This document shows positions 39,401 through 49,820 of a stretch of DNA of 64,000 nucleotides, in pieces (position 1 is the first letter of the stretch; the number at the start of each line of letters is the position of its first letter). Origin of the DNA: a bacterium (GTDB lineage Bacteria; Zhuqueibacterota; Zhuqueibacteria; Residuimicrobiales; Krinioviventaceae); contig CAXXFV010000007.1 in assembly GCA_963674595.2 (NCBI GenBank), forward strand, positions 32,001-96,000. Direction: 5' to 3'. Under the pieces are notes generated by a model that searched no databases, was not told the origin of the DNA, and saw only the letters and a list, made by a program, of their open reading frames with translations. The position numbers and the translations under genes are program-made.

Positions 39401-42038
39401 AATGCCCGTTTTGTGTGCCCGGACTGTTTATGGCAGGTTGGATAAGCGGGAACGGGAGATCCGGATTTGTGCTTTTGTTCCATACACAGGCAATTGTTGT
39501 TGTTGGTGAATAAAGTTTTTGAGGGAGTACCGGATCTTTTTGTCCCGGTGGATTGCTTTGCGGTTCAGCATTGACATAGTTGCCTGTTAAGGCGATTCCA
39601 TATTCACGAATGTCTTCCAAAGGGCACGGCATAAATGACGAGTCTGATTTTGACGGGAACAGGAAAAAGTAATAAAGTACCCAGGTCATCGTTTCCCCTT
39701 CAGCAAGCGTTTCGCCAACATTGGCCTGGATTCCTGTTATATATCCTTCCGTGTCTACCTGCAAACGCCCGTTACTGTGTTTGCCACGGAATTCGAGAAC
39801 AACAGAATCAACTTCGGAAGCTTTTGCGTGTCCCGTGGCTTCAAAGCGAACACTGCCAATGTCCCAATTTCCGGTGGCCGCAGCAAAACCACCGGAAGCA
39901 ATGAGTATTTTTTCATCCGCTTCAGGCGGGCACATATCCTGTCCTCCCAGGGCATTTACGGATACGGTCAACACGGGTGTAGGTGTAGACGGCGGAAATT
40001 CGATCTCTAAAATATTTAATCCATATTTTCCAAGCGTTTCCGCATAATATTCATAACCTTTGATAACATATAAATACCAGGGAACATCCTCTTCTGTGTG
40101 CGGTAAAGGATTTTTCCCTCTCATGCTTCGTAAAACAGGAGACGGGTAATATGCGGCCATTTGACGCGGCGCCGGAATTTGCAGGCCCGGGCCGGGTGTA
40201 AGGTTATGGGTTTCTGAATCATAGTCAAAAGTTGCAATACCATAGGAAGGTAAACACATCACAACGCTGTTATTGATGAGCAGTATGTCTGAAATAGCAG
40301 CGCTGATATTCAGATCATACTGACTGGTAAATTGTGGTGCAGCCGGCGCTGAAACATCATAAAAATCAATCTTTGCCGGTCCGTTATCCTGGTCCTGATT
40401 ATGTGTTAAAAATAGCGTATGGTTTGTCAACAAAACACTTTTGGGTAAATAATCCGTTGCTGTTTGAAATACGGATGCAGGAAGCGCGGGATTTGACACA
40501 TTTATAACCTGCAATCCTTTTTGGGTTTCATCCCGGTTATAGGCAATGTAGGCATATTGCCCGTCATCCGACAAAGCCATATCCATGCCGTTTCCTTCCA
40601 ACAGCAGGTTTGCTTCCTCATAAGGTGCTGCCGGATTGCTGATATTCACAATATCCAGGTAACTTTGGTCACCTCCAAAATTGTATGTTAATATATAGGC
40701 ATGATCACCCCAAAAAGCCATGTCCATAACACTGGAATGACATTCATAAGTAGAAATAAAATTGATATTGGACAAATTTGATATATCATATATACTTACA
40801 TTTTTGACCCAATCGGTTAGAAAAAGCATATTGTTGTGGGCAAATACTTTATTTGGATTATTGAACTGAAAGGTATCTATTAAAACAGGTTGCTGAGGAA
40901 TGTTTAAATCATATATCACGACCCTGTCATCCATTTCTGCAACATATAAAACATCATTATATATAACCTGGCTGCGTATAACCGCCGGTTCCAGAATTTG
41001 TGCAGCCTTGACAGGTGTTTGCTGGTTTGTCAAATCCAGTAAATTGAGGGTTGAATTCATACGATAATAAAGATAGGTATTATTGATATAATCCATCTCA
41101 AAAACCTGATTAAAATCATAATCAGTCACATGTTGAATATTCGTGGGAACTGAAATATCTAAAAGAGTAAAATCGGTAAAAGATGTTTTTAAAATTGCAT
41201 AATTTCCGCCTGTTAATATGCCTCGAATAGAATAGTTGTTCGTTCCAAATGTGGAATGGATTGTGGGTGCGGTCGGTGCGGAAATATCATATACTAAAAG
41301 TCCCCCGGTGTTTTCACAAGCGCAGTATAATAAGGTACCATCCAATGCAAGGTCCCTTGCATAAGGAACGTCCACACTGTTTTCCTGCTGAACATTTGAT
41401 TTATTTGCAATGTTTAAAACCAGGAGTTTATTTAACTGGGTGTTCCCGGTGTTTTTTTCTATAACATAAGCATAATTACCAACAGGTATAAAATCGTTCA
41501 GTTCTTTTTCATAAGACCCTTTATAAACAGGAGCTTGTGTGTTTGAAATGTCAATAAAATGTACCTTTTTAATATCCTCTAATCCCGTTCCTGTCATAAA
41601 ATACAAATAATCACCGTCAGCCCTGAGTTGGGTTATCGGATTTTCAATTTCATTAAAAAGAGTCCGTGAAATGTGCTGCGGATTTAAGGGATTGGACACA
41701 TCCACAATTTCAAAATAATTGTTATATGTTCCGCCCCTGTAAGCAATAATAATGTAATTACCGGATAAACACAATTTATAACCCAGCGCCGGTAATGCCA
41801 GGCTGCCGACTTTGACAAGTTGGCCTGCTTGTAATTCATATACAGCTAATTGTGCGCCCTGAATGAGGAATGTATAATCACCCTGTGTAACTGTTTGCTG
41901 CACCACGCCGCCAATGTGACCAATTTCTGAAACGGATTGCGGCGGCTGGGATTGTGCGTTTAAAAATTGCATAAAAAGAACCAATAAGATAATCACGCCC
42001 TTGAATGAAAAATCTGGAGATTTTTTTCCGAGTGTCAT
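36423..42038 (-). CDS. Giant secreted protein: LVIVD repeats + parallel beta-helix + Por/T9SS-like C-terminal domain
   Basis: Repeated IVDVSNP/YDISAP motifs; N.ISGN...GI beta-helix repeats; QNYPNPFNP...LPSGVYLY tail; RBS favours ATG 42038. Confidence 0.85.
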   Translation of the reverse strand: MTLGKKSPDFSFKGVIILLVLFMQFLNAQSQPPQSVSEIGHIGGVVQQTVTQGDYTFLIQGAQLAVYELQAGQLVKVGSLALPALGYKLCLSGNYIIIAYRGGTYNNYFEIVDVSNPLNPQHISRTLFNEIENPITQLRADGDYLYFMTGTGLEDIKKVHFIDISNTQAPVYKGSYEKELNDFIPVGNYAYVIEKNTGNTQLNKLLVLNIANKSNVQQENSVDVPYARDLALDGTLLYCACENTGGLLVYDISAPTAPTIHSTFGTNNYSIRGILTGGNYAILKTSFTDFTLLDISVPTNIQHVTDYDFNQVFEMDYINNTYLYYRMNSTLNLLDLTNQQTPVKAAQILEPAVIRSQVIYNDVLYVAEMDDRVVIYDLNIPQQPVLIDTFQFNNPNKVFAHNNMLFLTDWVKNVSIYDISNLSNINFISTYECHSSVMDMAFWGDHAYILTYNFGGDQSYLDIVNISNPAAPYEEANLLLEGNGMDMALSDDGQYAYIAYNRDETQKGLQVINVSNPALPASVFQTATDYLPKSVLLTNHTLFLTHNQDQDNGPAKIDFYDVSAPAAPQFTSQYDLNISAAISDILLINNSVVMCLPSYGIATFDYDSETHNLTPGPGLQIPAPRQMAAYYPSPVLRSMRGKNPLPHTEEDVPWYLYVIKGYEYYAETLGKYGLNILEIEFPPSTPTPVLTVSVNALGGQDMCPPEADEKILIASGGFAAATGNWDIGSVRFEATGHAKASEVDSVVLEFRGKHSNGRLQVDTEGYITGIQANVGETLAEGETMTWVLYYFFLFPSKSDSSFMPCPLEDIREYGIALTGNYVNAEPQSNPPGQKDPVLPQKLYSPTTTIACVWNKSTNPDLPFPLIQPAINSPGTQNGHYISVCPGVYEENVTLPKSLKIKSTHGRDVTVVIPPPEESLNKVNDEPLYEHISFYVQRDSTEIAGFSVLSRELGGAGILLYGESVKDCIVHDNFVTNFAHGIRLEGRGVQRNKIYSNTVSRCFADGISVLYGNYNQIGSMRADADTSARRAGNICIDNNMAGIGLYDSRYNTVQYNMVGLDESGTSAIQNGYGIHLSYADSCLVRDNWVSGNEDEGIILNTGADSNRVVSNWVGVNMLGQTTANGTNGIDIRSSYNTIGGPNPEDKNYICGNGENGIYLSSGHDNIIINNQIGLYQIAANNEPNHSNGILMEQYTKANTIGSLDINIPPNIIAGNEENGVSINNSKNNKIYRNLIGMVDENRPIGNLDNGIRVIQHSDSTFIESNIISGNSKNGVNIYWSDHCLVKNNCIGTNKNGSEAVPNYKNGINVSMSDSTRIEFNVVSGNSEYGIFITASDYTKIIGNVVGADFFANYAIPNQKGISLLWGCDDNVIGSRILGERNIISGNNGHGLSISGGSENHIHLNYIGTQSDGLSDLGNTGVGIILRETNWNTIIQNKIMFNDSTGIHIETARSNRIYNNTIAHNCPGFIIINSPHHTWRNIERSNNVYENSGNSGFHLVNSTSDISGNRIINDLGDGIYCEKGSNPIIQYNSIHSNSGYDLINTDPSVSIEASLNWWGSASGPNANEIFGSADYTNWLEAEPEFIGSVEKDTLYISPGSQDSVALAFQNFKNLNGSVTINVSDENGWLTSPASFAVNYSDNMGAMVFVALKVQEGTTDGIQNKVFIEAIEQNTSHTFNDTLLVIASTPVLQSVAIFPDSVSISPGDSLYFYAVGYDQNNITMDIGVLWSATGGTIDSSGFYIAGEEYGTFYITATDTLTGIYATIQININITSVTENPGTDELLPKTFQLYQNYPNPFNPATTICFDVKEKCHVSLSVFDLLGRKIKTLLDNEKEPGSYKITFEAKDLPSGVYLYYIKMDRFEKTKKMIILK

Positions 42039-42297
42039 AATTGTTTCCTTTTTTTTACACAATTACAATTCAGATGAATATTATTCATTAAAGATAATCA
42101 AAACAAAGTGGAAATCAAGTGAAATTAAGAATTTTTAAGATACATTCGATTGGCTGCAATACTTTTCACGTTGTGAAAAAGATTAAAATTTTCAATATTA
42201 AAAGTATTGAATAAAAATGGCTTGATTATTATTTATATGAACACCATTTTACGCAGTTAATATTCAGGTATCAGATAAATTTTAAGGATCTAAAAAT

Positions 42298-45200
42298 TTG
42301 AATCTGTTTTGTAAAAAAAAGCTTTTTATACATATCATATATTTCTTTTTGTTTATTAATATATTACCGCTTTGTGCTTTTGATATTTACGTCCCGGAAT
42401 TCAACGATCCCATGGAAGAAGCCTGGCGCTGGCAGGTTTTCCCGGAATTAAGCGGAAGAGGGTGCCGGTGCATGGTGGAAGATGAAAACGGATTGTTGTG
42501 GTTTGGCGTTAATGGGGGACTGTTACGTTATGATGGATTGGAATGGGATTATATTAAATTAAATAACGATTCAACTAAAACAAATGTGGTGGCTTTATGT
42601 GCTGCCGGGGATGGCTCCATTTATGTCGGAACGCCGGATGGAATTTACCGGTTTATAAACGGCACATGGAAACAGTTTGATTGTGATTTGGGTTTTGGTG
42701 ATACTTTGGATTTTCCCAACAACATGTTTCCCATTGTTGAAGGTTCGGATCATTCAATTTGGGTTGGTACACACAAGGGTATGCTGCGCATTAAAAACAA
42801 TTTAATGACTTTATATAATAAAGACCAGGTTTTTACGGATTTTAATGAAAAGACCGGCGTTCCTGAAGAAATACCTTCCTTTAACGTATTCAGTATTTAT
42901 GAACAAACACCGGGAAAAATATGGTGCGGGTTACGCGATGGACGGATTTTTATTTATGAATTTAAAAATGATAGTATAAATATTCCGCCGGTAATAAAAC
43001 AAATCGATAGGGATAAAGGATATAAACGCGCTCAATTTCCGTTTATAATCGGTGCAGGGGACGAAAATATTTATATAGCCAGCGGGCAAATAGACAGGGG
43101 CGTTAATGTCTATGAAAATTCCGAATGGAAGACAATCCGGTTCAGTCAAATGTTCGGGCTGGATGATCTGCATTCCGATGCGCTGGTTTCAAAAGACGGA
43201 ACCGTTTGGGTGGCAAGTTTCGGATGTGTTTTTGCCTGTAAAAATGAAAAATGGTACATGTATAACGGGCCCGGATTACGGCTTCCGGCCAACCGGTGGA
43301 ATTTGTATGAAACCACAAACAACAGTTTATGGATAATCGGTCTGGGAAATGAGGTTTGGCGGGTTGATTTATCAAATGATAAATGGAAGACTTTAAAAGG
43401 TCTGCATTTTCACACTCAAAACCGGAACGGGGATTTGTGGTTTATCGCCTGGGACGATGCGGTTGTAACATGTGATTCTTCGCTGCAAAACTGGAAACAG
43501 TATACAACCAAAGACAATGTGATCGATTGTCCGGTGTCTGTTCTTGCCTCACAGGATGGTAAAATTTGGGTAACCGGCAGCGATAATCAGACGGCAGCAA
43601 TTTCCTGCTATAATGGTGAAAAATGGGTCAAATTTTTACATCCGGAAATTTCCTGGGGAATCGGTCGCCGGGCTGTTTTAGAGGCACAAGACGGGTCTCT
43701 CTGGTTTGGGACGGGTCCCGATTATAGCTTTGGCAATGGACATCTGGGGGGATTTGTGAGATATAAAAATTATCAACATATTTTTGAAACAGGTCCTGAA
43801 CTGGAGTATCATCATTTTAATGACTCATTACGTCTCAGCGCAATTTATGGCATCGGCCAAAGTGCAAACGGATTGATCTGGACGGGACAGCTTGCCTGTT
43901 ATAACTATGATCAAAATATAAAAAAATGGTCACGCGTATTTGAGCCCAAAGGTCTGGATGAGAGTTTTATTGACTGTATTTATACCTCACCGAATGGAAA
44001 TTTATGGATTGGAACAAGGACCAGTGGGGTGTTTTGGTATCTCAGCGAATTGAATGAATGGAGACAATTCACACGAAAAGATGGTCTTTCAAGCAACTGC
44101 ATCGTCAACATTTTTGCCAAATCAGATTCCAATGTGTGGGTGGCAACCGACCAAAACATTTGTCATTTTGACGGCTTTAGCTGGACGGCTGATGTGTTTC
44201 CCAGCTTTTTTCGAATAACCAAAGACGGCATTCTTATAAAATCCACTGACGACGGCGCTTTCTGGTTTAATCAAATTCCGCAGCCCTGGATTAAACGGGC
44301 CATAAATCGTAAAGCCGTGTCACAGGAACTGGCTTCCGAATATATCACCATTCGATATATGCCGGATGATGTTCCGCCTGAAACAGTCATAACATATTCA
44401 CAAGACCGGATTGCACATCCGGGAAATGTGGTATTGTCCTGGACCGGTCACGATCCCTGGAGATCAACGCCTGATGAGCTGTTACAGTATAGCTCTCGAT
44501 TTGACGGCAAAGACTGGTCACCTTTTAATTCGGGAAAAAGTCATATATTTTTAAACGTCAGCGACGGGAAGCATAAATTTGAGCTTCGCGCACGCGACCG
44601 GGACATGAATATTGATCCCGTCCCGGCGCAAGTTGTTTTTTACGTTAATCCGCCTTTGTGGAAACAATACTGGTTTTTGGGTTTGATATTTTTCTTTTTA
44701 GCAACAATAACCGGATTCATTATCTACCTGGTACACCGTAACAATATTATTAAAGAATTGTCGGAATCCAAGGTGCGCTTGTTTGCAAATATTTCCCATG
44801 AACTGTGTACGCCGTTAACGTTGATTGCCGGACCGGTTAAAAATGTCTTAAAGACATTAGATCACAAATCGTCTTTATATCAACAGCTTTCCATGGTCAG
44901 ACGGAACTGTGATCGTTTAATAAAACTGGTCAGCCAGATTATGGATTTTCAAAAAATTGATTCCAACACATTAATGTTTCTTCCTCAAAAAAGTAATATT
45001 GTCTCTTTTATAAAAGATATATTTGATTCTTTCCAACCGTTGGCTTGTGACAAAAAGGTAAATTTTTTATTCAAATCGGAATTAGATTCGCTTGAGATGT
45101 TTTTTGATGGAGACAAGATAGAAAAAATATTTTATAACCTTTTTGCAAATGCTTTTAAATTTACACCGGAACATGGGACCATTTCTATAACCATTCAACG

Positions 45201-46332
45201 AATTTTGGATAATCCGAAATTAAAATTAACATCAGAAAAGGATAAACTCGTTATTACTGTTAAAGACACGGGTATGGGAATTCCGGCTGAAAAAATAGAC
45301 AAAATTTTTAACCGTTTTTATCAGGTAAACGAATCGATTACCCAGGCAGGCGGTGCGGGAATCGGTTTGTCCTTGACAAAAGAACTGGTTGAGCGGCATC
45401 ATGGTAAAATTGAGGTGCAGAGTTTTCCTGAACAGGGCACAGAATTCAGGGTTATCATTCCCATACTATCCGAATATAAAAAATCAGTTCCAACCCACAT
45501 TATTGAACCGGACATAATGGAACATGAAACCGCAGCTTTAATGGTTGATTCAAACACATCAACGCCAAAAAATGAAAAGTTGAAAATACTTCTTGTTGAA
45601 GATAATGCAGATATGCGTGCGTTTATCAAAAGTGAGCTTGATTCCATGTATCACATTGTTGAAGCCGTTGACGGTCAGGATGGTCTGCAAAAAGCGGTTT
45701 CATATACACCGGATATTATCCTCAGCGACATTATGATGCCGAATATGAACGGCATTGAAATGTCAAAAAAATTAAAGGCCGACTATCAAACCAGTCATAT
45801 ACCCATTATATTATTAACGGCGCGTTCTTCTCAGGAACATAAAATAAAAGGTTTGGAAACCGGCGCTGTGGATTATGTTACAAAACCGTTCAACAGCAAA
45901 GAACTCGAACTACGCATCACCAATATAATTCAGTCACGCAAAAACCTGTGGCAGCGTTTTCACCGTGAGGATTCCGTAAAACCGGAAGAATTGAGTATCA
46001 CTTCGGTGGACCAGCAATTTTTAAAACGCGCTGTCGACCTTGTTCACAAAAATATGGATGATCCGGAGTTCAATCCTCAAATCTTTGGAGAAAAAATCGG
46101 TATGAGCCGTGCCGGGTTGTATAATAAAATAAAAATGCTAACCGGTTATTCTGTCAGAGATTTTATTATCTCCATTCGTCTCAAACGGTCGGCACAATTG
46201 TTAAAAGAATCCGGTATGACCATTACACAAATTGCCTATGAAGTCGGATTTAAAGACCCGTCACATTTTACCAGGGCCTTTAAAAAACAGTTTGGTGTTC
46301 CGCCCTCCGAGTTTGCAAAAAAATCAGAATAA
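42298..46332 (+). CDS. Hybrid two-component system sensor/regulator (beta-propeller, Y_Y_Y, HisKA, HATPase, REC, AraC)
   Basis: G.LWFG/IWVGT repeats, ISHELCTPL, DTGMG, GAGIGL, VEDN...DIMMP, YEVGFKDPSHFTRAFKKQFG. Confidence 0.9.
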   Translation: MNLFCKKKLFIHIIYFFLFINILPLCAFDIYVPEFNDPMEEAWRWQVFPELSGRGCRCMVEDENGLLWFGVNGGLLRYDGLEWDYIKLNNDSTKTNVVALCAAGDGSIYVGTPDGIYRFINGTWKQFDCDLGFGDTLDFPNNMFPIVEGSDHSIWVGTHKGMLRIKNNLMTLYNKDQVFTDFNEKTGVPEEIPSFNVFSIYEQTPGKIWCGLRDGRIFIYEFKNDSINIPPVIKQIDRDKGYKRAQFPFIIGAGDENIYIASGQIDRGVNVYENSEWKTIRFSQMFGLDDLHSDALVSKDGTVWVASFGCVFACKNEKWYMYNGPGLRLPANRWNLYETTNNSLWIIGLGNEVWRVDLSNDKWKTLKGLHFHTQNRNGDLWFIAWDDAVVTCDSSLQNWKQYTTKDNVIDCPVSVLASQDGKIWVTGSDNQTAAISCYNGEKWVKFLHPEISWGIGRRAVLEAQDGSLWFGTGPDYSFGNGHLGGFVRYKNYQHIFETGPELEYHHFNDSLRLSAIYGIGQSANGLIWTGQLACYNYDQNIKKWSRVFEPKGLDESFIDCIYTSPNGNLWIGTRTSGVFWYLSELNEWRQFTRKDGLSSNCIVNIFAKSDSNVWVATDQNICHFDGFSWTADVFPSFFRITKDGILIKSTDDGAFWFNQIPQPWIKRAINRKAVSQELASEYITIRYMPDDVPPETVITYSQDRIAHPGNVVLSWTGHDPWRSTPDELLQYSSRFDGKDWSPFNSGKSHIFLNVSDGKHKFELRARDRDMNIDPVPAQVVFYVNPPLWKQYWFLGLIFFFLATITGFIIYLVHRNNIIKELSESKVRLFANISHELCTPLTLIAGPVKNVLKTLDHKSSLYQQLSMVRRNCDRLIKLVSQIMDFQKIDSNTLMFLPQKSNIVSFIKDIFDSFQPLACDKKVNFLFKSELDSLEMFFDGDKIEKIFYNLFANAFKFTPEHGTISITIQRILDNPKLKLTSEKDKLVITVKDTGMGIPAEKIDKIFNRFYQVNESITQAGGAGIGLSLTKELVERHHGKIEVQSFPEQGTEFRVIIPILSEYKKSVPTHIIEPDIMEHETAALMVDSNTSTPKNEKLKILLVEDNADMRAFIKSELDSMYHIVEAVDGQDGLQKAVSYTPDIILSDIMMPNMNGIEMSKKLKADYQTSHIPIILLTARSSQEHKIKGLETGAVDYVTKPFNSKELELRITNIIQSRKNLWQRFHREDSVKPEELSITSVDQQFLKRAVDLVHKNMDDPEFNPQIFGEKIGMSRAGLYNKIKMLTGYSVRDFIISIRLKRSAQLLKESGMTITQIAYEVGFKDPSHFTRAFKKQFGVPPSEFAKKSE

Positions 46333-46370
46333 TCCGAATTATTCCCGGGGAATTTTATAAATACGTTTTG

Positions 46371-46405
46371 TTTAGACGCATATACCGAAAATTTAGATGC
46401 ATGTA
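46371..46405 (+). promoter_or_regulatory. Candidate HTCS (AraC-type) binding site: tandem direct repeat with 21-bp period
   Basis: TTTAGACGCATATA (46371) and TTTAGATGCATGTA (46392) between the HTCS and symporter genes. Confidence 0.6.
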
Positions 46406-46538
46406 AAAGCATTTTATTTATATTATCGTATATTTAAATTGATATGATTTGGTTTTTTATGTGCTGAAATTTTGTTATTCAGTTTTCAAACGAGTATTTA
46501 ATCAATAGGAATATTGTTAACTGTAAATCGAGGTAAAC

Positions 46539-48726
46539 ATGTTTGGACTTCCGTTAATCGATTTGATTGTTATTGTCGTTTATTTTACTGTTGTCATTTT
46601 AATCGGTGTCTGGTCAATGCGCCGTATTAAAAACCAGGAAGATTATTTTCTGGCCGGCCGTCGCTCCGGGAAAATCATTCAAACTTTTGCTGCGTTCGGA
46701 CAGGGGACATCGACAGACAATGCGGTTGGTGTCACCACCACAACCTATACAAACGGCGCCGGTGGCATCTGGAGTTCATTGTTGCTGCTGTTTGCCACTC
46801 CCTTGTATTGGATGACATCACCCTGGTTTCGCCGGCTGCGAGTTCAAACGATGGGTGATTTTTTTCATGATCGTTATAATTCCAAAAAAATGGCGGCATT
46901 GTATGCGGTGATCGGTTGTGTTTCCATTATGGCAACAATATCCATCGGATTTAGTGCCATGACAAAAACCATCGTTGCCATAATCCCCAAACAAGTTTAT
47001 GAACTAAACGAACAGGAAAGAGCGGAATATAACAAGGCATTGGAACACGAAATGCTGAAAAAAAGCGACTATTTGCTGTTGTCTGAAGCAGAAAAAGATC
47101 GATTAACACAACTGGACGTGGAAAAACCAAAAAAGTTATTTCCGCATGTCAGCGAAACAGCCGTGGTATGGATTGTATGTTTGATTGTTATGTTATATGC
47201 TGTTGCCGGAGGGTTGGAAGCGGCTTTCCTCTCGGATACGCTGCAGGGATTTTTTATCATTATTTTATCGTTCATTCTGTTACCCTTTGCCTATGGTAAA
47301 ATCAACTCAATTTACGGGGGTGACACTATGATGGATGCCTTGCGGACCATTCATCACCGCTTACCGGAAGCTTTTTTTGATTTGTTTGGTTCACCTACCT
47401 GTATCGATTTTACCTGGTATTATGTCGCGGCAATTTCATTCATGTTTACGATTAATGTTGTGATGAATCCCAATATGCTGTTAACTATTTCAGCAGCCAA
47501 AGACGAATTTACAGCACGGTTGGGATTTACCAGCGGCAATTATATGAAAAGGTTTTGTACCATTTTGTGGGGTATGCTGGGTTTGGCGGCTGTTGTTTTA
47601 TACGCTGATCAGGTCCATAATCCGGACCTTGTCTGGGGATACACCACCTATGATTTATTAGGATCGTTAAATATGGGGCTTTTGGGATTGATGATTGCCT
47701 GTCTCATGGCAGCGCTCATGTCAACGGCAGATTGTTTGATGATAACCGCTTCCAGTTTAATTATTCATAATTTGTATCGTCCGTTTACCCGTGAAAGAAG
47801 TGAAGAGCATTATGTCTTTGTCGGCCGAATAGCCGGTGCAGGCGTGGTTATCGGCGGGGCTATTATCGCCACCCAGTTTGACAGCATTTTACAAATGCTG
47901 AAATTTACCTGGGAGTTTAATGTTGTTGTTGCCGCCAGTTTTTGGCTTGGCATGAAATGGCGCCGGGCCAATCGAAAAGCTGCGTGGGCATCAATATTGA
48001 CGACGATGATGGTTTTTATGATTGGTTCGATTTTTACACCGGTAATTTTCCCTTCTCTTCGCACAAATCCCTATTTGCTTAAAATGACGAACCCCGAGCC
48101 TTTGGAACGAGTTTTTACCGCCCATGACCGGGACGTTGAGATGCGTGAAAAAGAGATTTTAAAATGGAATGAATTGAATGAAAAGGGCCTTGCACAAACT
48201 GCTGAACCGCAACCTTTAAAAATTGGCGAAAAATTTGTTTAAAATTGACCGTCTTCCTAAAAAAGCGATTTTTTGGACACAGGGCATAAAATACGATAAG
48301 GACGGCCAAAAATATGGCGCCGGGATGATCAGTTTGGAGCTGATTCTTGTGGACAAATTCGGATTTAAACTGGAGAAAAATCCCTATGCCTTTAATGAAA
48401 CAATCCGTGTTATTATTCGAACGATTACACCCTTTTTAATTTTGATCCTGACCGCACTTTTAACACGTCCGGATGATAAAAAGTATCTGGACCGGTTTTA
48501 TGTAAGAATGAAGACAAAGGTCAATTCTGATCCTGAAAAAGATAAAGAGGAAATAGCCCTGTCTTATAAAAATCCGCAACGGTTTGATCATCACAAACTT
48601 TTTCCAAATTCGAACTGGGAACTTTATAAATGGGACAAGGAAGATACCATTGGTTTTGGGGCGGCTGTTGGTGTTTTATTTTTGATAATTTTAATGCTGA
48701 AATTTTTAGTGAATTTAGGCGGATAG
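46539..48726 (+). CDS. Sodium:solute symporter family protein (one apparent +1 frameshift near 48240)
   Basis: EDYFLAGR, YAVAGGLEA...D.LQG, AALMSTAD; the C-terminal part continues in ORF 48223-48726 across gtttaaaa. Confidence 0.85.
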
Positions 48727-48735
48727 GAGTTATAA

Positions 48736-48761
48736 GAGGCCGTTTCCCGAAAAGCGGCCTC
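48736..48761 (+). terminator. Hairpin after the symporter gene
   Basis: gaggccg...cggcctc GC-rich stem. Confidence 0.65.
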
Positions 48762-48778
48762 CTTGCATTTTTGTAATT

Positions 48779-48925
48779 TCAATTAAATTTCCTCAAATAA
48801 AACTCTGTTTCGTTATACTCGGAAACTACAAGCCGGTTCGAATGAACAAGTCCTTCCACAACTGAAAAATTTGTACCTGATTTTTCTGTTAGTTCCGGCA
48901 GGGCTGATTTCTCTATCGGGCGTAC
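48779..48925 (-). repeat. Duplicated 3' end of the radical SAM gene (left direct repeat)
   Basis: 48785-48925 aligns without gaps to 52328-52468; encodes ELTEKSGTNFSVVEGLVHSNRLVVSEYNETEFYLRKFN*. Confidence 0.95.
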
Positions 48926-49327
48926 CAATGATATGTATTATGCTCTGCATGATTCAGGGGTAGAGCATAATTATAATATGTTTTTGATCCGAACATCAAA
49001 ATAAAATATTGCCGTAAAAATGTTACCATTTCTTAAAATGTCCTTGACAATTTCATAAAAACAGTTAAATTAAAGTAATTATCCAAAAAATTTTAACCAG
49101 GCGGTCTTGATATTTAAAAAATATTTGTGAAAATCAGGTACGATTTTAATTCAAGTATTTAAGTTTGATTTTAACCTGTATTATGTTTTTGTAACAGGCT
49201 ATTGTTTCAAAGCTTTATCAATACATTGATTTTTAGCTGATTATATTTGATAGTGTTTTACTAAAACAAAGTATAAAACTGATCCACCTTTAGTATTAAA
49301 GCCAATTATACTATTTATTAGGCTCCA

Positions 49328-49344
49328 GGTTAGCAACCCTAAAA
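49328..49344 (+). repeat. Inverted-repeat arm 1L
   Basis: GGTTAGCAACCCTAAAA just 5' of the AAGGAG RBS; complementary to 49804-49820. Confidence 0.9.
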
Positions 49345-49362
49345 AAATTAAGGAGATCAATT

Positions 49363-49767
49363 ATGAAAAACACATTTTTCAAAATTTTAGCAATTACCAT
49401 CCTTGTTTTAATCTTTTCTTTTAATAGTTCTTATTGCTACACCGGTGCATGGGTTACAGTAACACAATATACAGACGCTAAGCTGGAGGAATTCGTTTAT
49501 CTTACTCCGACAGCATTAAATGTTGATTATGAACTTCACATTTCCTGGAATTATAATACCGGCAGAATTTATGCGGAAGCGACTCTTAATGATGGATATG
49601 ATGATGAATGGAGTTGGGTTGAAAGTGCTCGGGCAGATTATTTTTGCAGTCCTGATCCGATATTTGGCGAAACAGGGCAAATTCTGTCAGGGGCATGGGC
49701 TTATGCTTATGCTGAACGAAAAAATTCCAATGCGACGATTTGTTCATGGGCGTTCTATTCTTATTAG
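49363..49767 (+). CDS. Small secreted beta-rich protein, paralog 1
   Basis: AAGGAG RBS, Sec signal peptide, shares TGAW, YLTP, ELHISW, AEAT, SWVE, SGA.AYAY, CSWAFY with 50096. Confidence 0.85.
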   Translation: MKNTFFKILAITILVLIFSFNSSYCYTGAWVTVTQYTDAKLEEFVYLTPTALNVDYELHISWNYNTGRIYAEATLNDGYDDEWSWVESARADYFCSPDPIFGETGQILSGAWAYAYAERKNSNATICSWAFYSY

Positions 49768-49803
49768 TTTTTATTCTTTTTAAAAAATAATTAAATAGGT
49801 CGG

Positions 49804-49820
49804 TTTTAGGGTTGCTAGCT
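49804..49820 (-). repeat. Inverted-repeat arm 1R
   Basis: TTTTAGGGTTGCTAGCT, 36 nt after the stop codon. Confidence 0.9.
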
